Notes: generated by a model not told the origin, from the letters alone. A DNA stretch of 64,000 bases from the human T2T-CHM13v2.0 reference genome, Homo sapiens (GCF_009914755.1 NC_060926.1); one strand, 5' to 3'. Shown: positions 27,706 to 50,035, counted from the first letter of the stretch. Numbers and translations: made by a program.

Positions 27706-28256
27706 CTAAGATAGTGAAAAAGTAAAGTCAGTGCCTTACATTTCCCTTTTATTTCATCATGTTTTTCCTCCTAAGTCACCAATATGATAAATGATGCAAG
27801 TTTAATTGTGCTGTATCAGAAAAATTGGGGTATATGGAAATATTTCCACAGGAACACTTTTATCCTGAGAAACATTAGTAAAAGTTCAGTGAATTTATAA
27901 GATCATAGAATGCCATAACAAAAGGTAAACCTAGAGATGTTCTATTTCATAAAATGTTTGATGAAGTCATCATGTCTTATTATTTTGAAGACAGAATATA
28001 TTGATCTCTCTGTAGGTTTCACATTAGCCATTTTTAAACCAAAATACTACAGTGGACAATAATATGGTGGGCAATTTCTAAACCAAAACATTATAGTGAC
28101 TCTCCGAAACTTATTCCATCCCAGATGAGTCATAAGACTCAATCAGTTTATGTCGCTTTCCTGGTGGCTATTTTGGTCTGGGGCGGAGTATGTGCCCTAG
28201 GTTGCTGCAATTAGATTGGGATGGAGACTTATATTTCAATGAATGTTCAGAGCTAA

Positions 28257-28716
<460 letters not shown>

Positions 28717-28827
28717 TGAGGTGAAAATATTGATTACTGGATGTACCACCCTTGGAACTTCTTCTACCTCCGCACTGATGATGCATTTCTTAATTGTTTA
28801 AGCCAATCAGAGTAAAGTTTTCAGAAA

Positions 28828-29078
28828 GCAGAGTCATTAGAAGAGGCACTCTGGAACCAGACTGCCTGGGTCCAAATCCTGTTCTGCTGCTTACTAGATG
28901 TGTGGTCTTTGGCAAGTTACTTAATATTCCTGAGCCTCAGTTTTCTTATTTATAAATCAAAAATGAAAACAGTGCCTAACCTTCTAGGGTTACTCAGGTT
29001 AAATGAATTAACACATATAAACTGCTTGGAATGGTGCCTGGCTAATAAGTAGACTAACAAAGTGTTGGTTATTATTGT
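28828..29078 (+). mobile_element. MIR SINE, near full length
   Basis: CTCTGGAACCAGACTGCCTGGGTCCAAATCCTG..GGCAAGTTACTTAA..CTGAGCCTCAGTTTTCTTAT..GTGCCTGGC. Confidence 0.9.
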
Positions 29079-31329
29079 TACTACTTTACTAATATTGCTG
29101 ATAATAATCTGAATGTTCTCATCCATTTGCTCATTCATTCACCAAATGTGTATCAAGTGACCACAGTGTATGTGGTTGTTTGCTTGAGCTGAGATTTAAA
29201 CACATTTTTGCTTACTATTTAAACTTTCTTCTTACCTTTCTCCCATCCTTCCTTCTTCCCTCCCTGCCTCTGTTTCTTCCTCTTCCCTTCTTCTTTCTCA
29301 CTTTCTTTTTGCATTAGGCTTATGAGGTAGAAATCATGTGTTTTGGGGCAATACATATATGAAAATATTGTGGAAACTTTATGATTGAGTTATGCTGTTT
29401 ATAAATTTTCGAAAATCATAGTTTTTTTCTGGGCCAAATGAAAGGTTTTATCTAGTATGAATCAGTAAAAACTCAGTAATATTATTCACTCCCAAACTGG
29501 TCATGCGAAAATGCACTCTTTACCATCTACAACACTTTGGATGAAGTTATTCAGTGGAGGCCCAAGAATGAAAAAGCAGACTGTCTGACTCTAAAGAATA
29601 TTAAAAGGAATAGTGCAGGGAATTTTGGTTAACAAAATACCAGTTTTGCTGATATAATGTGTTATAAATAAAAGTACACTCACTGCCTTCTTTTCCTGGT
29701 CCATTGGTAGGCATTCTTACTCCAAAATGTACTTCCCAGTAGAGCATCCCACAAAACATGGCAATTATATTGATCTGTGGCATCATCAAATGTTTGCTTG
29801 TTGGTAGCCTGGTGATTGGCCGCCTTAGAAGAAGCAGGGAAACTCTATCAAGTGGAGCTCCTACGGAGGCATTAACACAAAACTCATTTTGCTAGGGAAT
29901 TAAAACGTTTAACATATGTGGTGCTAGGTAGCTTACCTTCAATCCCTGTCATGAGATGTGCCGAATTTCCCTGGATTTAGAGAAAATACTATGAGTTTTG
30001 TAAAGAAACTTCCTCTGGAGTCCCAAAGGAAATGTGGAAAAGGCTTTTTGGACTGAGATCTTTTGATTCTAGGTGTGTTTCTTTTTTAAGGCTGTAGTAA
30101 AGCCATCTGAGTCCAGTGTACATGGTTAGCATGCCCTCTGCCTATGTGCATTAGTTGTCTGAACTGAATTTTCTCATGCCATAAGCAGTAACAGAATGTT
30201 ATTTTTAGGATGGGAAAATATTGAGTTAGAATCTGGAAATCATAATCTCCTAAACCCTGAATCTAGCTTCAGCATTTTCCATTATTCTAAGATGCCTGCT
30301 CACAAGTACTAAAATATATGAGTTGAAGGCGGGTGCAGCAGTTTTTGCATTTCTCTTTTATTTTTTGTGGTACTGAAGCAATGGGAACACTATATAGAGA
30401 ACTAAATGAGGTACCATATGTCACAGTGGCTAGTCCTGTACAATTGGGACTCAAGGAGAACCAAGAAGTCCTCACCTTTTAGTGTCCATTTATCAAGAAC
30501 TCTTTTTTTTTATCTTGGAATGTAAAAAATTTCAGATGTAATTTTCTCATTTTATAATAGAAATGCCGGAGGAATCCTTTCTATGGAAATTTCTTTTTCT
30601 TTTTTCCATGGGGGATAGAAGGTTTTCCATTTTCCATCTTCCCTAAAAATGGTGGAAGTTGACCCTGGAAAAACACGTAACTCCTGTGGTCTATCCTTGC
30701 CCCCCCCATCTACTATTTTTGGAAGTATAGAAAAGGTTTAATTTTAATCATAATTTTCATTGATAGTATTTCTTTGCCTATAAATAACTTGTTGAAGAGT
30801 TTTAAAAATGACTTGAAGGACTCAGGGAACAGGGCTACAATTGATTAAGCAATTCAGCTAGTTGATAAGTGCCCAAGTTTAGTATCTTCTATTCACATTC
30901 TGGAGACAAATACCATATAATATTTTAAGTGACTATTTAGTGCTTGCCATTTCTCCTTCACTGTGGTTGGCTTCTAATGTATGATCTTTCATTCATGCTT
31001 CAAAATGATGAGTTTTATTATTATAATTAATAGTTACTATTAATAATATTTGCTGTTATTATAAACTACTGTTAACTGTGATCACTACTATTATTAACAT
31101 TTTACAGGTGAGGAAACAAATCTTGTGAGATGACATGACTTGCTCAGGTATCATAGATAATAAATGCTGGAACCATAATTTCTGAATTATACAATATTTT
31201 TAAACAGTATGACACCCAGTACATGAATAATTGGTAAACTCTCTACCCAATGCAAAACATGAAGGAAGTAAACATATAGCACCTTTCCATTATTTAGATT
31301 TTTGTTCATTTTACTTGAGGCTTATTTCC

Positions 31330-39160
<7,831 letters not shown>

Positions 39161-39494
39161 CTTATTCTCTTTTTTAAATGACTTGAACAAGAAAAAAAAT
39201 CATTAGCCTATGTCTCACTACAGAGATGCAACAAATTAATAACTTTTATTTTACTGTGTCTATCTGCTTTGAAAATTTCAATCTGCCCAATGAATGTTTT
39301 GGATAAGCTGGGACTCGTTCTGTTAAAATTAGCTCTAAGTCAGTCAGGTGTGGTTTCAGTAATCCAATCAGTACATTTTATTTGTAGAAAAAACTGATGC
39401 TTAAAGCATAGCAAAGAACAGTTGAAATGGTAGTGAGGAGAGTGGTTGCAGCTTTGAATTTATTAAAGGAGTTTTTGGAGGTGTAGAAAGTATT

Positions 39495-39735
39495 AAGTGA
39501 TAGTGGGAGAGCAAGGGACTTAAATCAGAAGGCCTGGCTTCCAATCATGACTTTGCTGCTCACGAGGTGTGCAACTCTGGTTATGTTCCTTGGCCTCCCT
39601 AAGCCTTAGTGTCTTCAACTGTAAAAGCAATAACTGTAATTACTCAATAGGATTATTGTGAATACAAAGTGTATTATTGTAAGTGTAACACTAAGATGCC
39701 ATATGGTACAGTGGCCAGTAGTGAGCAATTGGGAC
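39495..39735 (+). mobile_element. MIR SINE (degenerate)
   Basis: TCAGAAGGCCTGGCTTCCAATCATGACTTTGC..CCTAAGCCTTAGTGTCTTCAACTGTAAAA..AGGATTATTGTGA. Confidence 0.6.
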
Positions 39736-41264
39736 TGAATAAATAATATTTGAAACTGTACTTTAGCACTTTTATAAATTTTACAGAGAAAAGTGGTAAC
39801 CTTTCTTCTTAAGAGGCCATTTATAGTCATTCTAATAATTGCTTATTTTTATACTGAGATATGGATAAAATGAAAAGAGAGGTAAGAGACAGTCCTGACA
39901 GTTAATTTTATTAAACTCATGTTCCAGGAAATAGTTCTTGGTTAGGCACAATGTTTAAGAACAATAACCAGAACAATGACTATAACAATGATGATAATAA
40001 GGCCCAGAATTGCAAGTTTTGGCAGCCTGACAATCTGTTCTTATGATTTGTGATTGGACACATTTTTCTCAAAGTAACAAACTGCTTGTACGAGGCACCA
40101 GCAGAATCTTCTGAACATCTGTAGTCCAAGGGAGCTAATTTTGCATGCTTTAAGAAGGTGCAGACAGGGAAGTGTGTCTGTGGAATTCTCTTTGCATAAC
40201 TCTCTCTGAGATGCCCAATGGATGCTTGGTGATAGTGGTGGACATTTGCACGTAAGAAATCAAGGGGGAAAAGAGGAGCCCCACCTGTCATGCTCAAAAT
40301 ACGTTATCTATCATTGTTGATCAGGGCTGGTCTGTTTCCTTTTCATAAGAGGGATATTCTGTTTTTTGTTTTTTTTTAACTTGTTTCCTTGAAAATTAAA
40401 CTGGAAGGTTACACCTTAGGAAATTGGGTTTGATTCTTTCCAGAATAAAAATTAAAAAAAAACAAATCCTGCTGGGATAAAAATATTTCATGAATTCAGC
40501 AATAACTGAATTCCCTTAACTCCAGGCTTGAGTTAGGTCTCTGTTCCAGCAATGAGATCAGCTTTTTGTCAGCACGCTTTCCTGATTCTTTACCCACAAC
40601 CTGGTAGATTACTTTGGAGTTCATATTAATACATTGAAACTTCAAATTTCCTTAATTAAATGAGATACATGGAAAAGCACTTAGACAGTCTAGAGATACA
40701 ATAAAGCAAATAAAATACTAGTCTGCTTCCTTATTTTTGTATTTCTTTCTTCTTTGCCCCTAACAATGATTGATGAAAACTTTACATCAATATGCTGATG
40801 ATTTCTAAGATGATTTTTTTAGAACAATGCTCTGTGCAAACACAAAAGCAAAAATAACAGCAGAGAGTTTCTTCCACTTTTTGAGCTATTTTTGTAAGCC
40901 CACAAGATACATTGGGTCATTTATGGCTTCCTGGCGAGTTTTTCTTAATTGGATCTCAATGAGGTTCCATTTTATTCAATCAACACCTCAGAGAGAAAAT
41001 TATTTGTATGAATTTGTGGCCTATTTTTGATTTTGTTTTGATCCTAGTAAGCTATTTACAATTTGAATCATTGACTGATGGAGAACATTCATGAAAAGTT
41101 AAAATTTAATTGTACCACACGACAGAGCATATTTACTTTTATTTCTCCTCTGGGAAATTTTATGGAACATATTTTTCTCTTTGCATCCAGACTGGCAGAA
41201 TCTTTTAACATAATACATCAAAAAATACTACCCCTAAACTGGTAAATTTATTCAAACTCACTCA

Positions 41265-41348
41265 CTTCCTTCCTTCCTTCCTTCCTTCCTTCCTTCCTTC
41301 CTTCCTTCCTTCCTTCCTTCCTTCCTTCCTTCCTTCCTTCCTTCCTTC
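41265..41348 (+). repeat. (CTTC)n tetranucleotide microsatellite, ~21 perfect units
   Basis: Direct reading. Confidence 0.97.
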
Positions 41349-41718
41349 ATCCTAGCTTACTGTGGGGTAAGAACTTGGTACAAAAAGGTAAAAAGACACA
41401 TTATTCACTCTCAGTCTATGGGCAAAGATGAGGCAAGTTCCCATAAAGCAGTAATATAATTGCTAAAAAAAAAAAACCCTTTGGTTTATTTGCAATTGCA
41501 AATTCTTGGATATCCTATGTAGGATATTTGTTAAAGAATTTGTAATAAGTGCAGTAATGGACTATTATGCAGACATTTAAAAGTTATATTTTACAATAAC
41601 ATTTATTAATGTGAACAGATGATCACTATAACTTCCAAACAAAGAGACTGCACACATATACACATACAGAGCTCTCATTTGGAATACTGTAATAATAATA
41701 ATAGAAAAAGCAAGTGCT

Positions 41719-42260
<542 letters not shown>

Positions 42261-42399
42261 TTCCCCCCACTATTTTATGTTGTTGCTCTGCTTCAGGTGT
42301 GAGAAACGAATGCAGCTACTGTGGGAATTATGAATAAACCAAAGGTTATTTTTTTGTATGCTGCAGCCCAGTTGTCCAAACCTGGATAAACCCATGGGA

Positions 42400-42612
42400 A
42401 TGTCCTACATGCAGAAGTGTGTGCCACAGAGAAAAGAATACATGCCGAAATCACAGGCCAGATGAAATAAAGATGTGAATAGTGGTAATCTTTGAGCCAT
42501 AGAGTGTGGAGTGATTTTTATTTTCTTCTTTTGCTTACCTGAGTTTACTAAATTTTCTAAGTGCATTTTCTACATGTTTAGTAAGTACATATTGCTTTTT
42601 AAATTAGAAAAC
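42400..42612 (+). mobile_element. L1ME 3'-end fragment
   Basis: AATAGTGGTAATCTTTGAG..GTGATTTTTATTTTCTTCTTTTGCTTACCTG. Confidence 0.55.
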
Positions 42613-43179
42613 AGTTATCAGAAATGAATGAAAAAAGTTAAGAAAAATACCTACAGAATAGAGTTGTGCCTATGTAATGAGAAATATTTATGAACGTTAA
42701 AAGGTAATAATTGTAATGCTTCAGTTTAGCGGCGCCTCCCCACCCCCACCCATATATCAATTAGAGTTTTAGAGTCTCATAGAAAGTGGCTGAGATAAAC
42801 TGTTAAGCAATAGGAGTGAATGCCTAAGAGTCAAACAAGTCTGGAAAACGTTTATTCTTGCCCAGGTGATGGGCTGTTTTCCAATTTGAGAATCTGAAAA
42901 ACATTCATGAGTGTTTATGGATAGTGTCAATTAGAAGGGACATGGGAGGCCATGAACCATATCCTTCATTTAAGAGGGCCCTGTTGAACCCTAGCCAAAA
43001 AGGATTATTGCACTGTCAGAGTTTTACAAAACATATTCCCATATTATTTGCTTAAATCTTATTTTTACTTGACTATCCCCCAAATTGTCTTTATATATAC
43101 CCTTATGAAGTAGGTTAGGCCCATTTAAAAGAAGTACCACTCTAAGTAAATGGAAAATATCTGGTTACCTCCATGAGAC

Positions 43180-44010
43180 CTCTATTAGATCACCCTTGAA
43201 GCTGAAAAGCCCAAGTTACTTTATCTTTTAAATGGAAGTCTTGCATTTTAAACCTATTTGTTCTGTGCCTTTCCCTCAATAGGCTTCCAGTCTTCATGCT
43301 TCCTCCAACGCCGAGAAAAACTTCCTGGATTGTAGCCCCTGGTAAAACATGTTCCTTTATCAAAAATGATCTGTTGGATAGATAGAGTAATGGTGGCTAT
43401 ATTTGCATATCTCAGCATCATGTCAGCTGGCCCTGAGTGGGTGCTTGATAAATATTATAAAATTAATACGCAAATGGCATCTTTTAAAATTGAAGCACAA
43501 TTATTGGTCCAATGTCATCATATCTTCAATTCTGACTGTTTATGTCTTTTGGTTGCTATGCTTTTTAAAGACTGGTAGGGCCTCTCTTCTTTGTGGCCCT
43601 TTCTTCAGTTGGTTGCTCACATTGTTTCTCTGCAGTGAAACTCTCCTCCACATATCCTTTTCATGTTCAATTGTCTTTATTTCTGGATACTCTTCAAATA
43701 CAAAAGGGCATTTAATCTTGCAATGCAAAATACCAGCCACTTTAAATTTGTGTCACCTGTAAAGCTTAATGTTGTGCTAACTATTCCATCATGCAGATCA
43801 CTGGCAGAAACATAGAATACCAATATTCTTAAGTCAAAGTCAAAAAGAAATCCACTAGTGATGTTGCCCCAGTGTGCCTCAGATTGACACCAATCTATTG
43901 ATTATCCTTCTGAGTACAGCCTCTGTAATAACACAGTGGATTGCTCCTGCTATCTATCAAGTATTGTGGTCTCCCAGGGAGTCACAGATGATGCATTGAA
44001 ATAGTTTATT
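43180..44010 (-). mobile_element. L3/CR1 LINE RT-region remnant
   Basis: TCACCTGTAAAGCTTAAT..CCATCATGCAGATCACTGGCAGAAA and TCCACTAGTGATGTTGCCCCAG..GATTGACACCAATCTATTGATTA resemble antisense CR1 RT. Confidence 0.5.
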
Positions 44011-44899
44011 GGTGTAGAACATCTTTAGTCTCAGGAGAACAAGACATTTTATACAACAAGTGGGTGGTAAATCACATTTTTGAAAATTGAATTTTTTTAA
44101 AATGCTCTTAGGTACTGTTTAGGGAAGACCTATAATAAAACCTATTGTCAAATGAAAAATTTGTGAGAAAAGTTAATAACTATCCCCTAATGTATTTCTT
44201 TGAAATTGGCTATTTTACAGCAGATTTTCTCCAAGGAGATCGCCTGTATTCATTTTCTTCCCATAAGCTTTATAAAATCTGTAAGGGCTAATAGCTCTTG
44301 GAACTGTATGTGACTTATCTGAGGATTAATGACTCAACCTCAGTGCTTCCTTGCTGGTGTCCTGGGCTCTCTCTTAGACCTCACAGCCTCGAATGCCTTG
44401 AAAAAAAATGGCTTATCTGCCCAAATCATCCATTACTAAAACTGGCGCTTTCTGGTTTGCTTACCTTTCTTGTGTTGAGATGTTGTTTAAATATAGAACA
44501 ACTAGAGAAGTTGCTGATGAGATTAGTTCTAATTGTGTGTACTGCTACCAGGAAACAGAAGTTGGCTGGCCATATTCCAATGAAGTAGGGTGCAAGTGTG
44601 ATGAATTTGTGGTTTCTCATTTAACATTAATTTGAGACAGATACCTTTGTGCATCATTAAGCCCACTGATAGCCTATAGAAGACTTATGAAATTATATCA
44701 AAATTTTGTGGGTATGTGTACCACACTTAATGGTTTTTTTCAGATTCTCAGAGGCCCACAACCTAAATAACTTTAAGAATTACTATGTTATGAGTATCTT
44801 TAGTCTTTGGCCCCCTGTTACTAGATTCTTTATTAGATATGCCCTTTAAAAATACATTATCTTTAAAAGTTTAGACTTTATTGGTAGTCAAAGCAATGT

Positions 44900-45490
44900 A
44901 AATATGTGTATCAGATATTACATTTTATTTATCATGTTGGTGAAGTTTACAAGGATGAAACTTCTTAGTGCTGACACACGTGTGAGAAAGGAGACACTCT
45001 CATACTGTCCCGGTGAGAGGTGATACTCTGGGTGGCAATTTGGCAAAGGTCTTGAAATATGCATATAATTGGAACAGCAATTCTGTTTTGAGGAACTTAT
45101 CCTAAGGAAAAGAATTGGACAAGTATACAAAGATATGTGTCTCAAGATCCTTACTGCAGTCTTGTTTATAATAGCAAGAAGTTTATAACTGTGCAATAGT
45201 AGGAATATTCATTTGAGTCAGTTATCATGCACTCATAAATAGGATTTTCACAAAATAATATAGCTGTGATTTATCATTAAGGAAAGACACTCATATTAAA
45301 TAATAATGGTAGTTATAAAATAATATGTGTAGTATTGAATAGAAACTATTTGTTAGGCATGAATGGGAAAGCAGTCTGAAAGGATATACAATGAAAAGAT
45401 AATCAACAAAATTATATTTCTGTTTACACTTAAATAATTAGACTTTTGATGGTTTTTCTTTTTTACCTATTTTTAAAATATATATTTTGT
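44900..45490 (+). mobile_element. L1ME ORF2-end/3' UTR fragment
   Basis: ACACTCTCATACTG..GGCAATTTGGCAA..AACAGCAATTCTGTTTTGAGGAACTTATCCTAAGGAAA..TTGTTTATAATAGCAA. Confidence 0.75.
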
Positions 45491-45939
45491 CAACAAATAT
45501 ATATATAACCTAATTTTTAAACGTATATGTCATAAAATTATAAAAGGTTATAAAATCCTAATAAAAAAAGGATGTATTTTGAGAACAGAAAAAATTTTCG
45601 GCAATAATCTAGTGGGTAAAATTTCCGTCTTCTCATTATAGACACTAAGCATTCAATTATTTAGCTATTGATTTGTAGAAAGACGACCACTTCTTTCTTG
45701 AAGATCAACTGATGTGTACATTTTGTGTTTGGGTATGGAATTATCACCTGCTATGCGCTCTATCTAGGATCACCAAATGCCTCACTAAAGGTGAGAAGAA
45801 TGCCATGAGCTTCTTATACTTCATCCTCTTTTTTTCCTCTTAACCTCCAGCCCAAGGCTGAGAACAATGTTTTCACTGCGTTAATATGTGGCCTATACAA
45901 ATAAAAGCTAAAGATTTACTTATTTCATCATCAAAACTT

Positions 45940-46120
45940 TTATGGTATTTACTGGGTTCCAGTCACTATTCTAAGAACTTTGCAAATACAAACTCCTTAA
46001 TCCTCCAAGCGACCATAGGATTGCAGGATTATTATTATCCCCATTTTATAGATGAAGGAACGGGTGCCTTACACATAGGTCGAGTAACTTGCCTGAGTCC
46101 GAGCAGCCAATGAATGAGAG
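45940..46120 (-). mobile_element. MIR SINE
   Basis: TTATTATTATCCCCATTTTATAGATGAAGGAAC..GAGTAACTTGCCTGAG. Confidence 0.75.
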
Positions 46121-46289
46121 TGAATGTTAACCTTAAAAGTTGGCAATTGCAGTGATATAGATGAAAACAAGAAGTGGAAAAAATCTGGGTGTTCCTACAA
46201 TGAGGATGGTTTAAACAGACAATGACAGATGTTTACATTGGAATACTACGCAGCCACCAAAACGTTTTTGATAACTTTTTCCTTTTCTT

Positions 46290-46730
46290 TTCTTCTTAAA
46301 AAACGGCTTTATTGAGCTATAATTTGCATATCATACAATTAATCTGCTTAAAATGTTAAGTCCAATGGTGTTTAGTTTTATCACAGAGTTGTGCAATCAT
46401 TATCATAATCAATTTTAGAAAATTTTCATCACCCCTCAAAAACACTGAATAAGTTGTACTTTGCCATTTCTCTCCCCACCCTCCACTTATCCTTTGCCCC
46501 TCTTCTCCCCACCCTGGGCAATCACCCCTACTTTCCACCTCTATGTATTTGCCTCTTATGGATATTTTCAGACATTCTTCCTAACTGTAATTATATATTC
46601 TTTGACCAATATCTCCCCGTCCCTCATCTCCCCTGACCACTCAAGCCTCTGGTAACCATGATGCTACTCACTACTTCTATGAGATCAACTCTTACAAATT
46701 CCACATATAAGTGAGATCATGCAGTACTTT
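46290..46730 (-). mobile_element. L1MB 3' end joined to an L1MA 3'-UTR fragment
   Basis: GCTTTATTGAGCTATAATT..CACAGAGTTGTGCAATCAT (L1MB). From ~46570, TCTGGTAACCA..CTTCTATGAGATCAAC..TTCCACATATAAGTGAGATCATGCAGTA (L1MA). Confidence 0.75.
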
Positions 46731-49242
46731 GATAAATTTTTAATGGTGTGAGAAAATGTTTCCAATAAAATATACATCAAAGATGTCAAATGTATAACTA
46801 ATACCACAGTCTTGTGCAAAAAAATAGCTAAATAAATAAAATAGAAAATAAAGACCAGTAAGTGACTATAACCAAATGCTAATGGTACCTGCTTCAAGGA
46901 GGAGTGAGACTGTAAACAATTTTAATTTACATTAGTCATTTTGTGATTTTCACAATGAATAGAGTGAACAACATTACTTTAAAATAACAGTTGTGATTTA
47001 TTTTCTTCCTGTTACTATCTAGCAAGGAAAGCAACACACCTCAAGAAAAACAGCACTACAATTTAAAATCTGGAAACATGATGTCTGTTTCAGTGGTGGC
47101 ACCAATACATGTTACCCTGAGCAGATATGTTAGGGAACTGAGTATAAAAGAATTTATGAATTTCCCATGAGTTCGGCTCGAACTTCAGTCTCTGGGGAAC
47201 ATGGGTCATTTCTTTCTTCCAGTGCTAAAATTCTGTTGGGCTTCTCGCTTTGTAAAAGTGCAAAAATTGAAAAGTGTGAAGCAAGAGTGTAATAAATAAA
47301 AAATACCATAGTAAACAGTAGACAGCCATCTAAGTAGAGGGCTTTGAGGTCTGCTGGGAAAATCTCTACAGAAAACTGGAATGTAGAACTATTTTACTAT
47401 TAAATATTAATTTGTTTGCTTTTTCTTATCTGTCCAAAATTCTGATACATGATAATAACAATGATGTTTTAGTATGTAATACATTCAACATATTACCAGT
47501 AAGGTAGTAGATCTTCTTTTTCTCTAGCTAGAAACACAGACAGCTAGAAATAGAAAAACTGAGTGGATTTTTTGCATAAACAAAATTAATTATTCTGAGG
47601 CAGGAATGGAATCTGATCTGGGGACAGAGATGCAGAGAACTTGCTTTACTCTCTCTTTTGCTGGGATGAGAAAGTTGAGAGAGGTACTTTAGGCACATAG
47701 CATAGCTAAAAGACTCAGCTAGGAGTGTGGGGGTATATGCATGGGCATATGATTAACACATAATAACAGCAGAAACACTGGACTCAAGGAAAGATTGAAA
47801 TTTTGACAGTGGAATGTAACCTTGCAGGGAGGGGAGATTCCTTTTCTGCCCCTGGGTGAAAAGAAAATTACTGGAGGACTGTGGCAGTGATTCTCGGATA
47901 ATAAGTGCATCTCTTTCCTAGAGAGGCATTGGATCAGCTTTCTGGGTTAACAGGTTCACTGATGATGCATAATCCATCTACAGTTCATCAGCCTGTGGAA
48001 TGCCAGTCTGCCATGTTCAATAGCCATACTCTAAGGCACCTGTGTGCCCTGTCTGGCAATTGTCTCTTTTTAATCCTTTCTATACTACTTTGTCTTGCCT
48101 TCTTTCCTCACTGTCAGGCAAGCTGGATTAACCTTTATATACAAACTGTGTATTTCTTGTTCCTTGGAAGTTCTAAGATAACTGGGCTTCTTGGATGGAG
48201 CAGTGTTTATTTTGTTTGTTTTACTTTTTCTTCTCAAAGTACTGACATTCACAACTGATCCCTTGGATGGAACAGGCATTCCTCAAAGTCTTGGAGTTAT
48301 CATGGAAGGAAGACCCTGGAGAAGAAGGAGCAAGGGCATTTCTAGAGTTACTTGGCATTAGACTGTTAAAAGAAAGTGATTTCATTTTGTACCTTAAGCT
48401 CTTGAAGGGGTGCCGGTTGTCATGATGGGGAAGCTGTGGACTACCCCTCTACTGTATTCCTCCAGAATGCTAATTTGTACACGTCAACACTTTGAAAAGA
48501 TTCTGCTATTGTTTTTTAAAAAATCTATTCTCCCTTTTCTCTCTTTTTTTTTTCTATGGCCTCAGTAGACAGAATATATAAACCTTCTCTCCAACATTGA
48601 CCTTAGTTTAATACTTGATCCCAATGTTCTAATGAGTATTTACTCTTAGATGTCCCACTGTCTTCAAATTAATAATAATCGTTATTATGTAGACAGCACC
48701 CTCACATCTGCATCAGACATTCTGAGCTTCATGCTGTTCTTCATTCTCCCAGACACTTGGACATAAAAATTCAGAATTACCTTTGTCTCCTCTCTTCACC
48801 TTTTCCCACAGCTAGTAAGTTCCTAAGCCTCTTGTGCTCTTCCTTTTGTCTACTGTTTTCCTGAATCAATGTGGCATTTTCTTTCTAAACCAATAGTTAA
48901 GGTGCTTATATTAGTCCTTGTTTTATTAATTATCATTTAGAAATGGCAGAAGGCAGCCATTATGAGCCACTTAGATATGCCATATAATAGCGTATCTACT
49001 AGCACAATAGCATATCAGCATTAGACATAGTGGAAGCTACATTAACTAACCCCTATTTACTCAGCTCATCAGTCTGATTCCTTTTCCATTTTGCAAACAT
49101 TTTCAGTGATACCAATGGTCTGCTGCATGCTCTTAGTTGGTTTGTATGTTTTCCAAGATCCAGTTATGTTTCTTCTCAAACCTGTTTATGCACGTGAAAA
49201 CTTGCTATTAAAATTATGCAGACCATTTAAATATAAACCCCC

Positions 49243-49600
49243 TGATTAGTCTGTTCTCGCACTTCTATAAAGAATGAGCTGAGACTGGGTAATTTATAAA
49301 GAAAAGAGGTTTAATTGACTCATGGTTCTCCGGGCTGTACAGGCTTCCGCTTCTGGGGAGGCCTCCAGAAACCTACAATCATGGCGGAAGGGCAAAGGAA
49401 AAGGAAGAATGTCCTCACATGAGGAAGGGGAGGTGCTACACAATTTCAAACAACCAGATCTCCTGAGAACTCGATCAGGAGAACAGCAAGGGGGAAGTCC
49501 GCCCCCATGATTCAATCCTCTCCACCGCATCTCTCCTCCAACACTAGGAATTACAATTTGACGTGAGATTTGGGTGGGGTCACAGAGCCAAACCATATCA
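49243..49600 (-). mobile_element. MSTA MaLR solo LTR
   Basis: GAGACTGGGTAATTTATAAAGAAAAGAGGTTTAATTGACTCA..GAGATTTGGGTGGGGTCACAGAGCCAAACCATATCA. C-rich TSD. Confidence 0.93.
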
Positions 49601-49819
49601 CCCCCATTTAAAGAATGACTTGTTTCTTGAAAAATGAAGCTGAATGGTTTTGAAAAACTTAAAAGACAAGTTGCTGAAAAGATGCTGCTTTAAATTAAAT
49701 GTGTAGAATAAATATAGATATGTATTTATATTTAAATGACTTCCTGCTTTACCTAACTTTTCAATTAATGAAACAACTACTCAACTTGACAATGGGGATC
49801 AGAGGCTTTAGTGTGTGCC

Positions 49820-50035
49820 TTGAGGGAGTGCAGCACAGGAATCCCAAGCATGGGCTCTGGCAGCTGTCTGTGTTCAAGTCCTGTTTCTATTTCTAACTAC
49901 CTGTGCTTGGCTTTCCTTATCTGTGAAATGAGGATAAAATGAATTTCCATCTCATATGTGGATCAAATGAGTTAACTTTTGCAATACACTATAAAGAGTG
50001 CCTGGCATATAGTAAGTACTCAATAAATATCATTT
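49820..50035 (+). mobile_element. MIR SINE
   Basis: CTTTCCTTATCTGTGAAATGAGGATAA..GTGCCTGGCATATAGTAAGTACTCAATAAATA. Confidence 0.8.

Noticed and set aside
39980-40297. 105-aa minus-strand ORF and CKCPP motif after a pyrimidine tract
   Set aside because: No AG at the expected acceptor, no donor, and no recognisable domain.
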